Assembly (NCBI GenBank): GCA_036012755.1
Contig: DASCPX010000190.1
Location: 64,001 to 128,000, forward strand
DNA: 64,000 nucleotides
DNA from: Myxococcota bacterium
GTDB lineage: Bacteria; Myxococcota_A; UBA796; CAJQPC01
Direction: 5' to 3'
Program-made: the position numbers and the translations under genes
Notes under the pieces: model-generated
What the model was told of the DNA's origin: nothing
The model's input: only the letters and a program-made list of their open reading frames with translations
Databases searched by the model: none
Shown here: positions 60,309-64,000 of the stretch, in pieces
Numbering within the stretch: position 1 is the stretch's first letter
How the letters are laid out: every line of letters begins with the position of its first letter

Positions 60309-60748
60309 TTCTCTTGCTCGCCACATTGGCGTCCGACCCAGGCCTCGCCGGAGACCCCGACGAGGACCGAGCCCACGAGCGCGACCGCATGGAGGCGGAG
60401 CGCGGCCGCATGGATGCGGAGCGTGACCGCATTGAGGCCCACCGCGCCGAGATGGAGGCGGACCCGGTGACCCGGAGGCTCAAGGCGGAGGAGGAGGCGC
60501 TCACCGCCCAGATGCGAGTCTTGATGATCGACTACGAGCAGGCCGACGGGAAGCTCGAGAAGCAGCGCATCCGCGGCGACATCGAGGATCTCGCGGGCGC
60601 GATCTTCGACCACCGCACCAAGATCCACGCCCACAGGGTCGCCAAGGTCGAGGAGCGGCTCGAGCTGGCCAAGACGGAGCTGGAGGAGCGCGAAGCCAAC
60701 CGCGACATGCTCATCGAGGAGTGGCTGACCGACCACCTCGAGGACTGA
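60305..60748 (+). CDS. Secreted helical protein (Spy/CpxP-like position in the ECF operon)
   Basis: Short signal, charged coiled coil, third coupled gene. Confidence 0.65.
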   Translation: MILLLATLASDPGLAGDPDEDRAHERDRMEAERGRMDAERDRIEAHRAEMEADPVTRRLKAEEEALTAQMRVLMIDYEQADGKLEKQRIRGDIEDLAGAIFDHRTKIHAHRVAKVEERLELAKTELEEREANRDMLIEEWLTDHLED

Positions 60749-61721
60749 CGCGGACCTCCCACGCCCGGTCGTTGACTCGATCGACCTCGACCTCGACATC
60801 GAGGAAGGCGCGGATGATCTCGATGTTCGCGCGCAGGTGCTCGGTGGGCTTCAGCGTCCGGAAGCGAGCACCCTCGCCGATCGCCCCGAGCAGGACGAGC
60901 TGATCGGCGAGATGGCCGTCGACGGGCACGTCCGCGTCCAGGGTCCGGCGCACCACCCGCGCCAGCTCTTGTGCGACGTCCTCTGCCCTCTTGTGCAGCT
61001 CGCCGAAGCCGCAGAACAACAGCCGCGCGCGCCTGCACTCCACCTCGACGAAGAGCGCGTTGCCGGTCGGCTCGTCGTGGAGCTCGACCTCTGCGCCGCG
61101 CAAATCCAACTCCTGGCCCAGGGTCCGGAGCTCCCTCTCGCCGATCTTCTTCGGCAGCCCGCAGACCAGCGCCTTTGCCCGGATCCGCTTGATTCCGCCA
61201 CGCTCGATCGCCGAGATCGGCCCGATGGCGCCTGGCTCGATGTGTGCGCGTACCCGGCCGCCACCCTCTGGCACGAAGCCCCGGCGCTCCAGCTCGACGC
61301 TGGCACCCAGCAGCGGAGCCCAGCACTCGGAGAGGATCTCGAAGGGCGGCGCAGAGGGGTTGTGGGTGCCGCCGGTCACGCTCACCGTCGAGCGCCCGTC
61401 GGCGAAGCGCAGCGCCGGAAGCACCGTCTGCAGGACCAGCGAGGTGCTGCCCGCGCTCCCGATGTCCCAGGCGTAGTCCCCCGGCGCGATCCCGTGCGGC
61501 CGGAAGAACAGGCTCCTGCTCTTTTGCCGAAGCCCCTCCGTCTCGGCCTCTCCGACCTCGGCTGCGGCCTGCGCAGCGGTGAGGTGCTGACGCAGCAAGC
61601 CGTCCCGGGAGCGGTTGGCCCGGATGTCGGTGATGAGGAAGGGCTTCTGCGTGATCAGGGACAGCGTCAGGCTGCTGCGCAGGACCTGACCCCCACCGGT
61701 TCGGCCGTCGATGCGGATCAT
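60711..61721 (-). CDS. rtcA: RNA 3'-terminal phosphate cyclase
   Basis: IDG..GGGQVLRSSL, IRANR..GL.RQH, AGSTSLVLQ, GGTHNP and HLADQL. Confidence 0.95.
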   Translation of the reverse strand: MIRIDGRTGGGQVLRSSLTLSLITQKPFLITDIRANRSRDGLLRQHLTAAQAAAEVGEAETEGLRQKSRSLFFRPHGIAPGDYAWDIGSAGSTSLVLQTVLPALRFADGRSTVSVTGGTHNPSAPPFEILSECWAPLLGASVELERRGFVPEGGGRVRAHIEPGAIGPISAIERGGIKRIRAKALVCGLPKKIGERELRTLGQELDLRGAEVELHDEPTGNALFVEVECRRARLLFCGFGELHKRAEDVAQELARVVRRTLDADVPVDGHLADQLVLLGAIGEGARFRTLKPTEHLRANIEIIRAFLDVEVEVDRVNDRAWEVRVSPRGGRSATPR

Positions 61722-62932
61722 CCCTTCACGCAGACCACCTGCCGCAAGGCGTAGACGACCTCGACGAGGTCCTCCTGCGCCTTCATGACGGCCTCGATGT
61801 CCTTGTAGGCGGCTGGGGTCTCGTCGATGACGTCCTTGTCCTTTCGGCACTCGACGTGGGCGGTCATGCGCCGGTGGTCCTTCAGGGTGAAGGTCCGGCG
61901 GGCCTGCCCACGGGACATCGCCCGACCGGCGCCGTGGCTGCAGGAGTGGAAGCTCTCGACGTTGCCGCGACCCCGCACGATGTAGCTGCGGGCGCCCATC
62001 GATCCCGGGATGATGCCCAGCTCGCCCTTCCGTGCGCTCACGGCGCCCTTGCGGGTGAGCCAGAGTCGTGTCCCGAAGTGCTCTTCCTTCTGCACGTAGT
62101 TGTGGTGGCAGTTCACGAGGCACTCGTTGGCCGAAAAGGAGAAGCCGAGGACCTTGTTCGCGGCCTTCAGCACCGCCGCCATCATCAGCTCGCGGTTGAG
62201 GCGCGCGTACCGCTGGGCCCAGCCCACCGCCTCCACGTAGTCGTCGAAGTGCTGGGTGCCCTCGCGCAGGTAGGCCAGGTCCGAATCCGGCAGGTTCTTC
62301 AGGTGGACGCCCATGTCGTCCTTGGCCTGGGCGATGAAGTACGAGCCGATCCGGTTGCCCACCCCGCGCGAGCCGGAATGGAGCATGAACCAGACGCGGT
62401 CTTCTGTGTCGAGGCAGACCTCGATGAAGTGGTTGCCCGTGCCGAGGGTGCCCAGGTGCACCACGTTGTTCGTGCGGCGGATGGGCCGGTGCTTGTCGCA
62501 GATGATCTCGAAGGTGGGGGCGAGCTGTGCCCAGGCGCGCTCGACCTGCTCGGGGAGGCGGCCCCAGGCGCCCTTGTCGTGCTTGCGCCCGCCCTTGGTG
62601 CGCCCGTGTGGCACGGCCCTTTCGATGGCCCGACGCAGCTGAGCCAGGTTGTCCGGCAGGCGGCCTGCTGACATCTTCGTCCGCACCGCCATCATGCCGC
62701 AGCCGATGTCGACCCCCACCGCCGCCGGGATGATGGCGTGCTTGGTGGGAATCACCGAGCCGATCGTGGCTCCCTTGCCGAGGTGCACGTCGGGCATGAC
62801 CGCGACGTGACGGTGCACGACCGGCAGGCGGGCGATGTTCTCGAGCTGGCGGCGCGCGGCGTCCTCGATGGGCACGCCACGGATCCAGGCCTTGATGGCT
62901 CGGCCGCCGTCGACATGGAAGGTCTCGAACAT
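61718..62932 (-). CDS. rtcB: RtcB RNA ligase
   Basis: MPDVHLG, VGVDIGCG, GTGNHFIE, HSGSRG, HHNY, RKGA, PGSMG and SHGAGR. Confidence 0.96.
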   Translation of the reverse strand: MFETFHVDGGRAIKAWIRGVPIEDAARRQLENIARLPVVHRHVAVMPDVHLGKGATIGSVIPTKHAIIPAAVGVDIGCGMMAVRTKMSAGRLPDNLAQLRRAIERAVPHGRTKGGRKHDKGAWGRLPEQVERAWAQLAPTFEIICDKHRPIRRTNNVVHLGTLGTGNHFIEVCLDTEDRVWFMLHSGSRGVGNRIGSYFIAQAKDDMGVHLKNLPDSDLAYLREGTQHFDDYVEAVGWAQRYARLNRELMMAAVLKAANKVLGFSFSANECLVNCHHNYVQKEEHFGTRLWLTRKGAVSARKGELGIIPGSMGARSYIVRGRGNVESFHSCSHGAGRAMSRGQARRTFTLKDHRRMTAHVECRKDKDVIDETPAAYKDIEAVMKAQEDLVEVVYALRQVVCVKG

Positions 62933-63014
62933 GGCGCCAAGCCTAGGTCCTTTGGCTCGGATGACAAGAGCAGACCTTGGCCCGTCGTCTGCGTGCAGCC
63001 GGATAGCCTGGGTC

Positions 63015-63872
63015 ATGCATCCAGACCCAGGCCATCCACGCGGCGTCCGACAAGGGACTCCACCACGGAGCGGTCAACACGCCGATCTTCCAGTCCTCGA
63101 CCTACGAGCTCAGCGGCGAGGTCGCCTACGACGACATTCGCTACGTGCGGCTCAACAACACGCCGAACCAGCGCGTGGTCGGCGCGCGCATCGCGGCGCT
63201 GGAGGGCGGCGAGGACAGCTACGTCGCCGCCAGCGGCATGTCCGCCATCACCGCGACCCTCTGCACCCTCCTCGGCGAGGGGGACCACCTGCTCATCGAG
63301 CGGGGTTGCTACGGCGGCACCGACGCGCTGGCCCGCCACACCCTGCCGCGCATGGGCATCGAGGTCGACTTCTTCGACGCCGACACCCCCAGCCAGGACT
63401 GGCCTGTGCGCGACAACACGAAGGTCGTCTACGCAGAGGCCATCGCGAACCCGACCCTGCGCGTCATCGACCACGAGCGCCTCGTGACCTTCGCGCGGGC
63501 CCGAGGGCTGACCACGGTGGTGGACAACACCTTCGCCACCCCCGTGTTCTTCCGCCCGCTGGAGCTCGGCTACGACCTCGTCCTGCACTCGGCGACGAAG
63601 TACCTCAACGGCCACAGCGACCTCGTCGCCGGGGTGGTGATCGGGCCGGAGGAGACCCTCCGCCGCGTCCGCTCCGTCGCCAACCACCTGGGGGGCTGCC
63701 TGGACCCCGGCGCCTGCTTCCTCTTGGAGCGCGGTCTCAAGACCCTTCCACTTCGAGTGCGCTACCAGGCAGGCACCGCCCAGGCCCTCGCCGAGCTGCT
63801 CGAGGCCCACCCGCTCGTGAGCAGGGTCCACTACCCGGGACTGCCCAGCCACCCACACCACCGTCGCGCCTC
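63015..63872 (+). pseudogene. Cystathionine gamma-synthase/methionine gamma-lyase family PLP enzyme; start out of frame and C-terminus missing
   Basis: TQAIHA, NTPIFQSSTY, SGMSAI, DNTFATP, HSATKYLNGHSD and VHYPGLPSHP. The ATG at 63015 is one base off the coding frame. Confidence 0.85.
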
Positions 63873-64000
63873 GAAGACACCTCGAGCCCCGACGACACCG
63901 GAGGCGACACCGGGGGACCCGACGACACGGGCGAAGTCGGCGACTGTCCGATCATGGTCTACCCGGGGGACTCGATCGTAGAGGCCCTCGCCAATCGCGG
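63873..64000 (+). other. Internal fragment of an Asp-Thr-linker surface protein (no start visible; runs off the window)
   Basis: A different frame reads EDTSSPDDTGGDTGGPDDTGEVGDCPIMVYPGDSIVEALANR. Confidence 0.5.

Overview
GC-rich bacterial chromosome segment, roughly 70% GC by eye (not computed). The lineage is most likely Myxococcota/deltaproteobacterial, inferred from MYXO-CTERM-like C-termini, Asp-Thr/Asp-Cys-rich surface proteins, an Oar-type TonB-dependent receptor and a kinase-like/PP2C protein. It is densely coding, with about 55 CDS. Main contents: a minus-strand catabolic run (hydroxyacyl-CoA dehydrogenase/hydratase, thiolase, IorA fused to a GltD-like flavoprotein module, IorB, partial hydantoinase/oxoprolinase); many secreted proteins and lipoproteins; tadA-tRNA-Ser(CGA)-tRNA-Ser(GGA)-SRP RNA; tgt, a CCA-type nucleotidyltransferase, an RluA-type enzyme, rtcB-rtcA, an XPB-like helicase and an ECF sigma/anti-sigma trio. 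I saw no rRNA, CRISPR array, transposase or integrase. Best leads: (1) an FmdB zinc-ribbon gene whose first UGA is followed by an fdhF-like SECIS hairpin, a probable unannotated selenoprotein; (2) two orphan phage-tail-derived loci with no prophage around them, one of them a lipoprotein-anchored tail-collar protein; (3) a GltD-like module inserted into the ferredoxin domain of IorA; (4) a 129-bp nested intergenic palindrome next to a small ORF with a palindromic operator; (5) a decayed GNAT/radical SAM/NTP-transferase/CDP-alcohol transferase operon; (6) window-wide ultra-short, uncharged signal peptides and leaderless TANNNT-N6/7-start promoters. Several frameshifts and apparent deletion junctions could be real decay or assembly errors. 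All family calls come from motif recognition by eye; no database searches were run.
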